Below are positions 50,612-64,000 of a DNA stretch of 64,000 nucleotides, piece after piece. The stretch is from assembly GCA_904063045.1 (NCBI GenBank), contig CAJFCJ010000020.1:62001-126000 (forward strand). The letters are read 5' to 3'. The position numbers and the translations under genes are program-made. The notes below the pieces were generated by a model. That model worked only from the letters and a program-made list of their open reading frames with translations. It had not been told where the DNA came from and did no database searches. The stretch's first letter is position 1. The number at the start of each line of letters is the position of its first letter. This DNA comes from Dimorphilus gyrociliatus. Lineage: Eukaryota; Animalia; Annelida.

Positions 50612-50801
50612 TTATTCCAGTGCATCTTCAAGATAGGAAAGGAGATACCGTTGCTGTTGAAGAAGATTCATAGATATCTGGTCATTTGTTTTCAGGTTAC
50701 ATTCCATGGAATTTCTCATCGGTCCAATGAAATCTCTAGCTAACCAGATGTTGTGTACTATTGTATGGCTAATAATTTCACGCGTTAAAGAACGTCTATA
50801 C
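50612..50801 (-). CDS. Candidate terminal coding exon of an unresolved gene
   Basis: Acceptor aaaatacag/ followed by 62 sense codons and TAA (YRRSLTREIISHTIVHNIWLARDFIGPMRNSMECNLKTNDQISMNLLQQQRYLLSYLEDALE). GC is higher than in the flanks. No recognised family. Confidence 0.35.
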
Positions 50802-50940
50802 CTGTATTTTAATTTATAAATATATGGTGAATGTTACTAAAATTATCATATAACTTTCAAATTATATATCATTAATTAACTTAATAATATACAGAAAGAA
50901 TCATAAAATGTCAATACTCCAATCATTATCTCAACTAATA

Positions 50941-50956
50941 CTAGCGCCATCTGTTG
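50941..50956 (-). promoter_or_regulatory. CTCF-like site
   Basis: Minus strand reads CAACAGATGGCGCTAG, containing the AGATGGCGCT CTCF core. Confidence 0.4.
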
Positions 50957-53900
50957 TTTATTTTGTGAATAGCAGGAACTTAACGAGCAAATCGACCAAT
51001 CTATAGTTTAAACAAATATAAAAGGATCACAAATACATATCATTTTAACAATTATCATCAATAGAGCACAACAATAGTAAATTCATCGCTTTGTTCTCTT
51101 TGAATTATGATATTTAAAGCAAAGTTAAATTTATCTCTAGAGAACTTAGGCTATTTTCAGAAGTGTATGCAGCAATTAAAGTTATAAAAAATTTAAGTTA
51201 TTTATAAAAGCTGTATAGAATTGTCACTTTCATCCTCAATTTTAATCCAAAAGCCAAATTAAGTTAACATAAATCTTCAATTTAATGAGAGTAAACCGTA
51301 AGACAGACTTGAAAGTCCAATTTCTTTTTGACGAATTGAAAACAACATTAAGATTTTAACGTTAAAAGAGTAGAATACAAAATCAAATTCTACAAAGAAG
51401 GACATTGATATATGGAATTAATAGAGTCTAGAAAATACAGAAAAGACATAAATGTAATTTATAACTTTTAATTTCATTTATCATGTTTTAGGAATTATAT
51501 CATTGATCTAAGCAAGGCAAATATATATGTAAATTACTTAGAAATCTAGCAAAATCATTTCAGCCTATTAACTTTACCTAGGTTATCTAATTTATGGATA
51601 TAAATTTTTAGATTTAGGAATTCTATATGTCAAACTTTCCTTACAAGTTAAAGAAATTCCCATCTGGTAGAAATCTCGAATAGATGCTTCTAGTTTTCAT
51701 TTCGTTCCATTTATTTTAAGGTGACATTCTGATTGATATACGTAATAGGTTACAGCTAAACAACTAACGGAATTGATACAAATATTTAAACATTGTTCCT
51801 TATTTTGATAGCCGTAGATATCAGTCATCGTGGAATTATCATTAATTTTATTGAAGAATTTACTAATGGTAATCGTATAATTGACTATAATAAGAAAAAC
51901 AAAAGTATTAGCAATAATTTAATAAATAATTGACAAATAAGGGAAATAATTACATTGAAAGCTATCACAACGATTTATAAACTGTATGACAGATAATACA
52001 ACGTTAACAATCTGTATCGTTATCTAGTATGCCAAGGTTTTAAGTATTTTAACAAATTTGTTACAAAACATTCTTCCAACAACCAATACGGCGCCATAGA
52101 GTTAAATATAGAAAAAACGTTATTTTGCGAGTTAATATAGTTTAAAGAGTGATAAAACTTAAATTGTGTCAAAGCTATAAAATCTTGGTATGTTACACTA
52201 ATTGAAGTGAAGAGAGAAATAAAAATGTGATACATTGGTGTCAATACCAATCTACTCGGCAAACAATTTAAGATACAAGGTGTTAACAGACTATGCAAAT
52301 AACAATAGTTTCCTTTATATTAACTATTATTTAATTAATTTTGTTGGAAGGTTTAGAATTTTTACGACATATTCATTATTTAAACATAGACTATTTTATC
52401 TACATTAATTATGTAAGAGGTATAGAAATATAGCGAAACGATAAGGTATTTCTTAGTAATACTCTACTATTTTATATAAATAATAAAAGAAATCTATTAA
52501 ATATTGCCTTTCCACTCTGTTTCCACCTCTACCCCCTCCCAACTAAACCTGTCTGGCCTCTTTTACGCACCAAGTTGTCTGAAATGAGGTGTGATGATGA
52601 AAAATTACGTCTAATCTAACGTATGATAACAATAACAGCTCTAATTAGAGATCATTAAAAGCGTGTTATTTTAAAATTATAAGAGGAATATAAGTTGTAC
52701 TTAGCCTGTAATACTAGTACTAATAGAGTTCAATTGAATTATAATGTAAACTTGGCTGGAAATCAGTCTATTTACGGTAGAATTAACATAATAAATTACC
52801 ATTGTAACAGTTTCAATACAATTTTTCACCTGTTAATAATTTCCACCTTTATTTACTTAAATTTAATTAGTTTAACAGATTGCTTAAAGCCTTAGTACCT
52901 TATCTTTACCCCATGTAGTTTTGAATGTCAAAATGGCAATAATTAATTTAATTATATTGTAGAGTAATAGTACATTCTTTTTAAAATAAAAAACATGTTT
53001 TCAATTTCAGTAATCCCTTACTAAGCATTTCTCTTAGCTAATTTGCAGTTTATTAAGTTTATTTTGCTTTTTTTTATTATTATTAGATAATAATTTTTTA
53101 GAAAGTAATAGCATACTTTGTCCTTTGTGTAGCTTTAAAATAAAAAAAATGTAGGTGGCGACAGCTACGTATATTTTTGCATGTGATATCCGACAGATGG
53201 AGATAAATCGATTGAAGTTATGCCGATAATTTCTAAGATGTATATTAAAAGAATGATAGATTATGAACATAACTGTAACATATGGATAAAGGTGACATAA
53301 AGCAAAAATAATAAAGACTATAATTCACTTAAGGATAAATATTGCACGTAGAAAGTCAAAAAATTTGCATATTGCCAATGAATTATAGTCTATAAAAATC
53401 CTTCAAATATTTAGTAATGGATTCAATATAAATGCCTATTTTGTAACAAAGTTTTGAGTGATATTTCCATTCGTCTCTATAAAAGAAACGATTAGACCTA
53501 ATGGTATTGTAAGAAAGTAAATCTGTATAGAGTATTTTGCGGAATAAGCTATTAGTTTACATTTACTCAGGCTAGTTTTTCACGCGTTAAATCCGTAAAA
53601 TCGTGCGTAGGTTTAGAAGGCGAATATAATACCATTGTCGTCCCATAGCATCTCAAGCGTTCTGCTTAAATCCCCATTCTCCTGCCTAATAAACCGAAAA
53701 GTAAAACATCATTATAACTTCTTAGTAAGGGACGCTTATCCATATTGAAAATATTTAGGATCAAAGCTTCGAAAACAAATATTTGATGTTATCGATAGCA
53801 TCTGAATTTTGTCAAGTATCAAATGCAGTTTTCTACTAGTTCTCACACCAATCTTTGTACATGATTTTAAAGGAGACGCCGTCAAGATATTGTATACTCT

Positions 53901-56900
53901 ATATTCATTACATGTTTACTTTCGGCGTTCAAATCCCCTGCTTTTAAAGCGACATAGTTCTTTACTTAAAAAATTCATTCTAGTAGAAACTATTGAACCA
54001 AAATGAATGAAAATAAGAAGCTTTTCCATCATTTTTCTGTTTAAGAAAACTTGTCTAAGCTATACATTTTCTAAGTAGTAATTTGAAAGTATTTCATACG
54101 TACCTATAAGGTATAGGTATACTTTCTCGGTCACGTGACATATCTCATTAAACTCCTACTGAGCAGCTCCCATCTTTAAAATGATATTTACCCCAACGAG
54201 TGTTTTTCATGCATATGCCTCGGCTCATCAATTTATACATATATAATTTATAAAAACTAATTGTTTAACGATAAAATAAGCGAAATGCCAAAAGTAAGGA
54301 ATTCTTCTCAAATTAAAATCATATCTTTCGTTTTTCTTGAACCGTAGAAAAAAGCAATTTCTTCGGTTCACCACGAACGCCCTCTCCTCCACCCCTCCTA
54401 TCAAAGTGTACGTCACATTAATATTGTTATGTAATCCCAATGGTAAGATTTGGACCGGGAGGCGTTCATATTTTAACATCTGTCCTACAATTACAATAAA
54501 TTTAGATAAAAATCAGTCGTCTACAGATAAAGAAGATTTAGAGTACTCCACTTGATTTCGAATTCATCAAAATTATCTATAGGGAATGAATAAAGAAATT
54601 AGAACAATTAAGAAAGTTTTCATTAATTAAGTTAGATTCCTTTTAACCTTCCCCGAAAAGTAATTATCATCAGACAGTCTATTGTTTAAGCTGAAAATAT
54701 GATTAAACATTCATTATTGGGTAATCTGAAACCTTGCTTAGGGCAATCTTTAGTACGGAGAGGGTAAATTCTCTTTAAATTCTTTAACTACCGGTGTTAC
54801 ATAACCTAGTTAATCAATCAATTGTTAAGTTTTCATAGTGGAGGAAAAAACAGATTCAACGAAAAATGCTATGTTACGCAAATTTATTTCAAAGAGACGC
54901 CCTTTTAAGTATACGTTCAATAAATGACCGATTTAAGCACGTTTAATTTAAATGTGAACTCTATTATACAACGAACAAAAAAATAAACTGGAACAAAGCC
55001 GTTTTCAACTCTTCAATAATACTCCCTATTCTCTTCTTTTTTTCTTTTCTTCTCTTTTTTTATATAAATTTCGAGGGGGGTTACAGATCGTTTGTTCAAT
55101 GTATTTGAGGGGAATCGGTTAATTAGTGGCAATTTTCACCGCACGTATTGGTCGCACATGATATTTAATATCTAATTACAGTTTTGTAGGGTCGGGTGAT
55201 GACAGACCCTTCAAAAGCAAAAAATCACAAAAAAAACCTCCATCTGCTTAGAGAACAGCTTTTTTTTGGGAGAAGGTTTTGCGAAGACGAGATTGCTTTA
55301 TTCCTCCTTCACCCCCTGCTTACTATTTCTTTTTAAGTAGCCTGAAAGCGACCGAATAAGCGATATGAAGAGTAAATAACCACCAATAACGGGATCAACA
55401 GCAACAAAAAGGGTAGGCCGATGGGTGTCAAGACCTTTGTACATTAATACGCCTTATTCAAATAAGTATGTTTGCGTGAGTTCGGCATACTTCAATGATA
55501 GAAAACTTTTCGTGTGCCAGATGACGGCGTTTCAATTTGAAAAATTACTCGTATTTTCTTTTGACGCCTACCCAGATTGCCTTATCGGACATCCCCGTAT
55601 GTCCCTTTACGAGCATTGTATAATTAATGCATTGAAAACTCGTCGAACGCACCTGCCCTTTTTTAATATGCTAGGATAACGACAATGAAAGGAGGAGGAG
55701 GAGAAGATGGGGATGGACCAAGGGGGGGAATGAGATGAGGGGATATAAGATAAACGAATATAATGCAGTTGATTACCTAATATCACTTTACAGTGTCGAG
55801 TTTTTGGAGAAAAACACCTGCTTTCATAAGCGATTACGTGAACTTACGTTGAAAATAGTTCGTTTGGGGAGGCGTATCTCTTTCTCATCTCTAACGCTTA
55901 ATTCGTTTTGTTTGATTTGATAAAGTCGAATTGTTTTCGTTAAGTGAAATGCTGTGCCGTTTGGGATTTAATGAACACTGGGAAAACTTTGCTGAAAAAA
56001 AGGTCTAACGACGCCGCTAAAACGCTTTACAACCGCTTCCGAACGTCTTAAACAAAAGCGACGGCCCACTTCAAAGAGAAACTTAACCTGCCGTACAAAC
56101 AATACAATCTAGTGCTTTTCAAATATAAACAACTTTTAACACATTTCGGACTTGGTTGATTTTGGAATTTTCACAAACAATACGATTCGTTGTAAAGAGT
56201 AGGGTTAACCGAACAAAAATTTACGATCGTCAACCTTTCAACGCCTAGCTAGCCGCGAGTGGGGAAAGAGAAAAAATCCCTTAAGATTAAAAATAAACGA
56301 CGACACAAGGACCGACTTGTTTGGAAAATATGGCGGTCAGTTTTTCTGGACCAGGTGGACGGACGTACTGAAGTAGTTTGGTACACATCCGACACACTTT
56401 TTGACATATAATACACCGTTAACACTTTGTATGGCCCTATTCGAATCACTTTTGTCTGTTTGCTTATGCGATCTACACCGGACTTTATTAAATATTCTTA
56501 AGATTCTCTTCAGGATCACCAATCCCACACTCTTTGAATCTTACCGTTTACTTCTTCTAACCGCCCACCGCCCATCACTCTTTATTCAAGAATACCGCGT
56601 AACCAAACAGATGCGCTATGTAAAATTGAAAATTTCTAGGGGGGGCGTGAACAAGCTTTACCGGGTTTGTTACCGAATTTTGCATGAATTCGCTATAAAA
56701 CTGTCCTTTCTGAATATTTATTTACTCAGTGGATTATTTACGTGAAAATAATTTTACGCCCAAACGCGTTAAAGACAAATGTTTTTACAGTCGTATAAAC
56801 GCTAAGACAAACAAACAATAAAACGATTAATAGATCGTAAACTACTCATCCCCGAATCCCGACGAGTGACATTTTATAAGCGTCTCTTCGGCCATTGCAA

Positions 56901-59072
56901 ATATTCCGAGGGTTATTAACGACACTTGACGCTAATTTATGATGGGCAAGGGATAACGTTTCTCTAAATCATATGATCAATAAAAGATAGCGATACGACC
57001 ATCATCGGATTTTTGTCAAAAAAGGCGGGCAGCTATCTCATTTCCCAGATTTAACCGTCGAAGATCACGTGCCTCACGTAGACGTCATTAGGACAATGGC
57101 GACGCCGGTCGTCGGCACGCGTAAAGGGTTACCGCCTTTTTTTACGGCATTTTACATACGGCGTAACAAAGGGAACAGGAGCCGTTGACCGTTTGTAATT
57201 ATCACGCTCACGAATCTTTTTTTCGTTGTAATTAGATATACTACAATTTTCCAGCGGAACGTTTTTAATTCGAATGACGTCGACTTTGATACGCGCGCCC
57301 ATTTAAGCCGGGTATAGTTTCCAAAGTCGATCTAGTTTCGTCCGATTGAGTACCGATAGCGCAAAAAGAGAAGATATTTCTCATAGTTAAAAGAAAAAAA
57401 CGGCGTTTTCTTCCCATTCTCTTTCTTCCCTTCCCCCTAGCCTTTAACTTCTCCTATTTCAGAAAATAATAAAAAAAACTTCTTCTTCGTCTTTCTTCCT
57501 TCCTTTTTTTTCCTTTGTATATCCTTATCTTGACCATCTAAGAATATCTTCGTTCAATTGTTTGGGGGAATAAAACGTCCGTAATTTAGCTCGTCGTTGC
57601 GTCTATTCACTCAATTACATTGAAACGATTTGAAATAGTAGTGTATAGATTCTTTTCTTCAAGGCAAAATGTCGTGATTCTCCACCCCCCACTTACATTT
57701 CCTCCCATTTCTTCCTCCTCCTCTCGCCGTCAAATTTCTGTAACTCCCCTTTTATTTTGGAAAGGTAAAAAATTGACATCTCCAACGCTTCCGTCATAGC
57801 CGTCGGTTAGTTGAACCTTAGCTGGTGGCCGGAGTTGTCTTCCCCTCCTCCCAAAATCTTATTGTACGCCCTTCTGCTCTAATGATTGCAGGCCTAACGG
57901 CTACAATAAGGCCGACCCTTCGGGTAGCTTGACATCTCAGTCAGGAAGCTGTGCTTATCTGAGAAAGTAATAGGACAGTAATTAGTACAGTTAGTGTTCT
58001 GACCAGGTCCCGCTGCCAGGTCCCTTGCCGCAAACTAGCGCCGATGGACAAACTACGATAAGATTGACATTTACTCCGAGATAGTGAGGGGATGCCATCC
58101 GGAATGAAATCTGGGTCGAATTAATTAGTCATTATTCGGTTTGGATGAGGGGCATAGAAGACGGGAGATTTTATCGCCTATATTGATACTATCGTCGCTA
58201 AAACGCTCGCGCGCACTTGAAAAAATAAGTGTTGAAATTAAATTTACATATGGATAATAGAGGGAAAGACGGTGATGGAAGGAGGAAGATGGGAGAATAA
58301 CACCTGGCCAAGGTTTTCTGAAAAGGAAAGACCGTCCCTGCGTTGCGTCGTTATCAATGAGCTCGATAAGCGACGGCAGACTGTTTGTTCTGTCCTAACT
58401 TAACTGCCCTACGGCTATGGCTAATGTACAATAAGCTTTTCCTTTAAGAAAAGAGTGTGGAAAAAAGGGAGAGCTCTAGAGAAAGAAAAAGAAAAGAGAA
58501 GCGTGTGCGTGTTCTTTATAAGGCAAACCTTTTGATCTCCTCCTTATCATAGCAGTTCTTGCTGCTTCTGTAATGGCGCCTTATGTAATCTTGGCGTGGT
58601 GCGTGCTAATTGTCGCATTTTGAACATTGTAAATCAATTTGAGCGCGGCACCAGCTAGCTTTTTTCGAAGCGTTCTGTTTGTTTATTCGACCGATCCAAT
58701 GTTCCATTACAGACACGTGGCGTTTTACTATCCTCCTTTTCATGTCTAATAACGACTTTGTAAACAAGGTCGATGTATAGTTTACTTATACTATATAAAG
58801 TTTATACGCTTAAGAGGCTATAAAAAAAGAGAGGAAAAAACTCTATGGTAGTTGTAGAATAGGTGGTTTATTTTTATACAATTTTTCGTGACTGGAATTC
58901 GACTTTCTAACCTAAGGGGGCGTCACTATTTTTTAAACATTCGTACTAAAAAAGAAAAGAATAAAACGAAAAATTTGTCAAAATTTTCACGTAGTTTTAT
59001 TACATGTTCTTAGGCGATTTTTATCTGAAAGTTTACGAAAGACGCCTACGGTACTTTCATCATTATCGAAGC

Positions 59073-59091
59073 ATGCAAATCATATGCAAAT
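59073..59091 (+). promoter_or_regulatory. Tandem octamer (POU) sites
   Basis: ATGCAAAT at 59073-59080 and 59084-59091. Confidence 0.45.
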
Positions 59092-60697
59092 AACCATCGC
59101 AACGCACTTTTCAGTTCATTACCAGCTCAACAGCGCCCCCCAGCGATACGGTGGCGCAATCAAGGGTGTCATTCCACGCACCGACACTGCTGAGAACTAG
59201 TGACGTTGCGAAACCTTTTCCTAACCGGACAGCCCAATCTTCCTGTCAACCCTCCCTGACCAACCTGTAAACACGCCTATCTCACCAGTTTGCTTTCAGA
59301 ATTATCAAGAATAACATTACAAATTGGAAAAAAGGTTTGTTAAACAGTTGTCTTTCTTTCCTTTCTTCTCTTTATGCGCTTTTTATAATTTTTTTATTTC
59401 TTTTAAAATTATGCGGGTATAAGTATTTGCTTTTCAAGCAATAATTATTGAAAAACGTGATTACTGTATTTGTTCGGGGTAGACGGATTGAAAGCGTTCC
59501 CGTGCGAGTTCTTTTCAGCAGGGATGAGTGTTCAGCATGTGTTGTGAACAGATGTTGATTGTATTTGTAAATTATTGCCAATAAGATTTTGGGTTGGTAG
59601 TAGAGACCGTCTATTATATCCTTACAGGCTTAAATTTTAAAATACTTATATACTATTTATAATTGGACAGTATGCGACTTTCTGCATACTTTACATACTA
59701 CTTGTTGCGTCTATAAATGCGTGCGTTTATTTTCGAGTCACTGTAAATGTTTCAATTGCGTAAGAAGCTACCAGTATTGGTCTATTACTCAAATTGGAAT
59801 GCGTAAAAACGATCACCTTCTTTACAGAATAGTTTCGACCCGTAAAAATTGGTTAGTTTCTAAAAAAGACGGTGAGATTTTTACGAGCTATTTGTCAACT
59901 TTCGGTGTAACCTTTTGGGTAAATAAGGAGAATTTTTTTTTATATATACAAAGAAAACTTTTATTTAAATTGGTCTATAGTAAAATACGTGTCATTTTAT
60001 AATCAAAACAGGTCAACCGCCATAGATCGCATAATAGTGGCGTCAAATTGGCGCTGCTGAATTTGTTCAATTTTTTCAAACGAGGTTGTATAAAAATTTA
60101 GACGTTTGTTCAGGGTTCACTATCGGTAATAGTAATAGCGTTTATCGGTCAGTCCACTTACGTAAGAGTCGCGACTCATTTTAACTCGCTTTAGAAAATT
60201 ATTCGCGTGTTTATATGGCTTTATTCATGGGCGTCATAAGTAGTCGGCGAGCAGTCTTCGCCACTCTCTCATCTCAGAGCTACGTCGCGGAGGTAATTAG
60301 CCGTATTTTGACATTTTACCAATATCTCTTATCTGAAGATAATCTAAGACTGCTTTGGAATTTTCCTGCCTGTATCCAGAGAATTCAAACATTCCATTTT
60401 TCAAATTATAGAGGTACGTTAGGAGTGTTTATACTTTTTGAAAAAAAGTGATTTAGATCAGATCATTTGATTAGATATTTATATATACAGAAACTAAAGT
60501 ATTGTACGAAGTTTACTTACTGTATACTGAATATATATGTATATATATTTACCACCCGTCTATATAGTATAACGTCTAGATGACATATTTCCGTTTACTT
60601 CATATCTTAAATATGGCCTAGGATTAAATACGCTTAAAAGTATATGCATAAAAAACCTTTAATAGTTTTATTTACTCTATGTATTTACTCCCTTTAC

Positions 60698-60908
60698 CTT
60701 TGACGTAGGAAAAAAAACCGTCGCTCCGACAGCATTTAGGGAATGTTTTGAAAACGTCATATAAGCGTACTATGCGGGGGAGATTTGTGATATTTAAAAC
60801 GTCACAAGGCTCCTGACGACCTGTCAAAATTTCAATACTTTTGGGTCTTCGCCTTTCCAACTCCCCAGTCGTGCGTGACACGACCCTTTTCCAGATACTT
60901 GATACCAT
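60698..60908 (-). CDS. Candidate first coding exon of an unresolved gene
   Basis: ATG plus 70 open codons (MVSSIWKRVVSRTTGELERRRPKSIEIL...FFSYVK) ending at a good phase-1 donor AAAG/gtaaag. No recognised family. Confidence 0.35.
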
Positions 60909-63900
60909 TAACACCGCTGTTACGAATTATAAGGCCATTTATTATATTTGAAAAATTCTCCTTTAAGCACTCAGCGATTAGCAGCTGACAAACAAGAGAG
61001 GTTCTCATGACAAGTAGTTTGTTTAGGAGATAAAGTAATTTTTCCTACTGGTTTCGCTTATCGTACTATACCAGGGGTAAATGCAAACAATGAAGCTTTG
61101 TCGATAATTATCCGGTGCCAGATTGAAAAGTTAAAAACAAGCGTTACAGTTTTCAATACTTGACTATTAAGACAAATTGTGCTCTAACAATACATTTTCC
61201 CCGAAGGAACTAACGCTAATCTTCTAGGAAGTGGTTTTTTGTTAACGGGTTTTTAAGTGCCAGGTCGTTGTCAACAAGTTTTTATTAAAAACGTGCCGAT
61301 CTAATTGTATACACCATTTGTCGTGCTCAGTAATAGAAAAGAGAGAAGAATAAAATATGAACCGGAAAGGGGTGGATATTGTGGGTGGAGAGATTAGTTT
61401 TGTACTATTTGAAATAGACGCAGAGGAAAAGAGTCCATAGTAGCTGTTTCTTATTAATAAAAGTAGGCCTATTTTTAGTTTATTCGTATATAAACATTGT
61501 ACATAGATATTTTTATACAATTACTTGAGCAAAGAAGAAAGTAAACGAAAATTTTCCTTGACCAGTCACGGTTCGTTGTTGATTTAAAGACTATTTGCTA
61601 GTGTCAAAATAGCAACTTTGCCCCAGACCTTCTCGCCTAATTGGTCATTTCGGTGAGCGTGGTTGTTTCGAGAGGGGTGAGAAGGAGAGAAAAAAAACTG
61701 CCTCATTTTAAGGTATTTATGCGTAATAACTAGAATAATTTACATATTATGTAATATTAACTTTGAAGTACGTTGCCCGGAGTGTGACTAGGCCCGAGGA
61801 AAGCACGCGATTTTGGTGACTGTTTCCTGCGTAATTTCCATTCCTACATCTGTCAGGAAAGGGGAAGTTGTCATCAAAAAGTCACTTTAAATACTGGGGA
61901 CATTCCGGGTCGTAGACATCTAAAAAGTGGAAATAACAGGCCGGAAAAAAAAAAGTGAAAAGTAAGAATTGGGGGGGTAGGTCAGTTTATCGGTATTAAA
62001 TCTAAGCGGAACCGCTTTATACTTAGAGATATTTCGTGAGCACGCAAACTAGACCCCCACGTTTCTTTTTTTCGATCTTACGGTCACGTGCAAAATTCTC
62101 TAACTTCTACTTGGGCCTAGACACTTTCCATCTGCCGGAAAGAGAAGAAAGTCTTATGTCACTCAATCATAGTAGTCAACGTCAGCGAGTTGCGCAACCG
62201 CAAATATTCTTGTAAATCCTTGAAAAATATCGAAGTAGGATGTGGAAGTTGAAGTAGAGAGACTTTTTCCACGACTTGTCAAGTACCGACGCTAATCTGA
62301 ATAGGTAACGGAAATTCAACATAGAAAATTAGCCAACTTCGTTAGGGGCGCAAAGTAGCTGACGAAAAATTCTCCCATCGTGTTGAACAGATTGCCAGTT
62401 AATTAGTTCTTGTTTAATCAACGCACCTGTGCACCCCGGTTCTTTCCCTAATTCGAACCTATACACATATTCCTCAAAGCTAAGCCCTATCGAAACATCT
62501 GCTATCCGTCTAAGAATAGGTTTAAAGGCCTATATGAAGGATAAAGTGAGTAGAACACTACTCTATTCAGTCCGTCTGATTTGAGTTTAACATAGGTACC
62601 AAATCAGACGGTATAATTCGTCAATGTGGAAACCGAGTAGATGAGTTCTATAGACCGTTACTAAGTAGATTTTGATGAATGCGGTTTCTTTCCTTCTTAC
62701 GAACGGTTGTATAATTAAACGTAGACGCCCCTAAACTGATCGCATTTAGAAGTTAAGTAGTTCTTTCCTTAACTATTTTATTATATTTTTTAACCCTGTG
62801 TGGTCCTCTAGCCGGTTATCTTTTTAAAAAGTAAATCAGGCATAATTTATAAAGTATATGGCAGCTAAGACTTTGAAGTGACCGCAATTCCTTAGCAATC
62901 TGTCACCGAAACTCTACTTGCATTCTGCATTCACCTATGACCCGCTAAGTACTATAAAGAGCAAATTATAAGGGAACTGAAAGTCCTATTTGTCCCTTCG
63001 GTCGCACACTGAGATACATATTGCAGCGACGCTCCTTTATTAGGCTATTTAACGTGTCCCACCATCGTTTTCAGTAGACTGGGTGGGGTCTTATTGGAAT
63101 AGAAATGAAAAGTAGGAGGGTGTTGGAAGAAAAAATTGTTCGATATCGCCCGGCTGATTAAATTTCGGTCACCTTTTGACAAATGGCAGGTGTATACAAC
63201 CATGCAAGAAAAACTTACGCGCTTAATTATATCAACAGTTTTCGTCTGTATATACCCAGCGTATGCTATATAGATATTCAATACGATGGTGGCAAAGCGA
63301 TTAGATGAAACGAAAAACCCGCCAGATTTTTTTATATATTCGAAAATATAGCTTCGGGCATATATGAGGTTTTTGGTGTTGCTGGAAGGTTATGGTGCTG
63401 TGGAGGAGTCCCAAACTTGTCTCACATGTGTCTACCATTCGCGAGTGAAAATACTTTTCGTTCTTTCTTATAAGTCCATTACCCCCTTGGCTTACTCTCG
63501 TGAACAATTCCCATTCGGTTAACCAAGATGAAGGAAATATTTACAGGGAGTCGACAGTACTGACGTAACAGGCAATCGCTTTAATTTTTTCAATGTTGGC
63601 GTAGCCACTGAGATGAAACCCAACTTGTTTATAACAGTCCTCGGAGGGATTTCGGAAAAGGTTAATGGAATTGATAAACGATACTTCTTCCACCTTCGAC
63701 TTTCTCCTTTAAAAACTTTATCAGTATCGCATTCGTTCCTCCGCTACAAACTTTCGAATATTTTTCGTGTTTGGTTACTTTTGATAAGCCTTCCTAATGA
63801 TGTCGAGGAAATGCCGTGACGCAATCGGATAGGAAGATAGGAATCTTTGCAAACAGCAAGGCAACTCGATCGTTATAAGAGCTTGCAGGGTTGGGTTTTA

Positions 63901-64000
63901 GTAAATTGTGGACGGGTAGCAGGGTTAAAGTTTATGTCAACAGGAAATTCGCGGGAGTAAACATAAATTTTAGTGATAAACTACCCTCTAGATAAACCTG

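Noticed and set aside
59084-59200. 38-codon + strand ORF MQITIATHFSVHYQLNSAPQRYGGAIKGVIPRTDTAEN
   Set aside because: Too short, no family match; the local GC richness is better explained by regulatory motifs.

Overview
This is AT-rich eukaryotic (animal, most likely spiralian/annelid-like) genomic DNA with short GT-AG introns, many (AT)n/(AG)n microsatellites and CpG-retaining non-coding patches. I see no prokaryotic features, rRNA, tRNA, CRISPR array or recognisable transposon ORF. Supported genes, in order: (1) an intronless orphan nuclear-looking protein (762-2585, -) carrying two gap-free copies of an unknown ~95-aa domain; (2) a weakly supported spliced orphan ending at 10260 (+); (3) an ERG/FLI1-class ETS factor with 5 reconstructed coding exons (13586-18562, +), no visible PNT domain and a CCAAT/TATA promoter; (4) an orphan class A GPCR (28751-29854, -) with DRY replaced by KQC; (5) an intronless divergent TALE homeobox gene (31761-32663, +) resembling spiralian-specific SPILE/TALE genes; (6) a cation-type nicotinic acetylcholine receptor alpha subunit (33048-35079+, -); (7) an FMRFamide-receptor-like peptide GPCR (41519-42598, +); (8) a 3-exon arylamine N-acetyltransferase (45778-46876, +) whose catalytic Asp appears to be Glu. 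The 19-28 kb and 54-64 kb stretches look mostly regulatory, with an ETS-site cluster, NRF1 palindromes, CTCF-like sites and a double octamer. Most short ORFs in the supplied track are antisense shadows or microsatellite artefacts. All family assignments come from motif recognition by eye; no database search was run.
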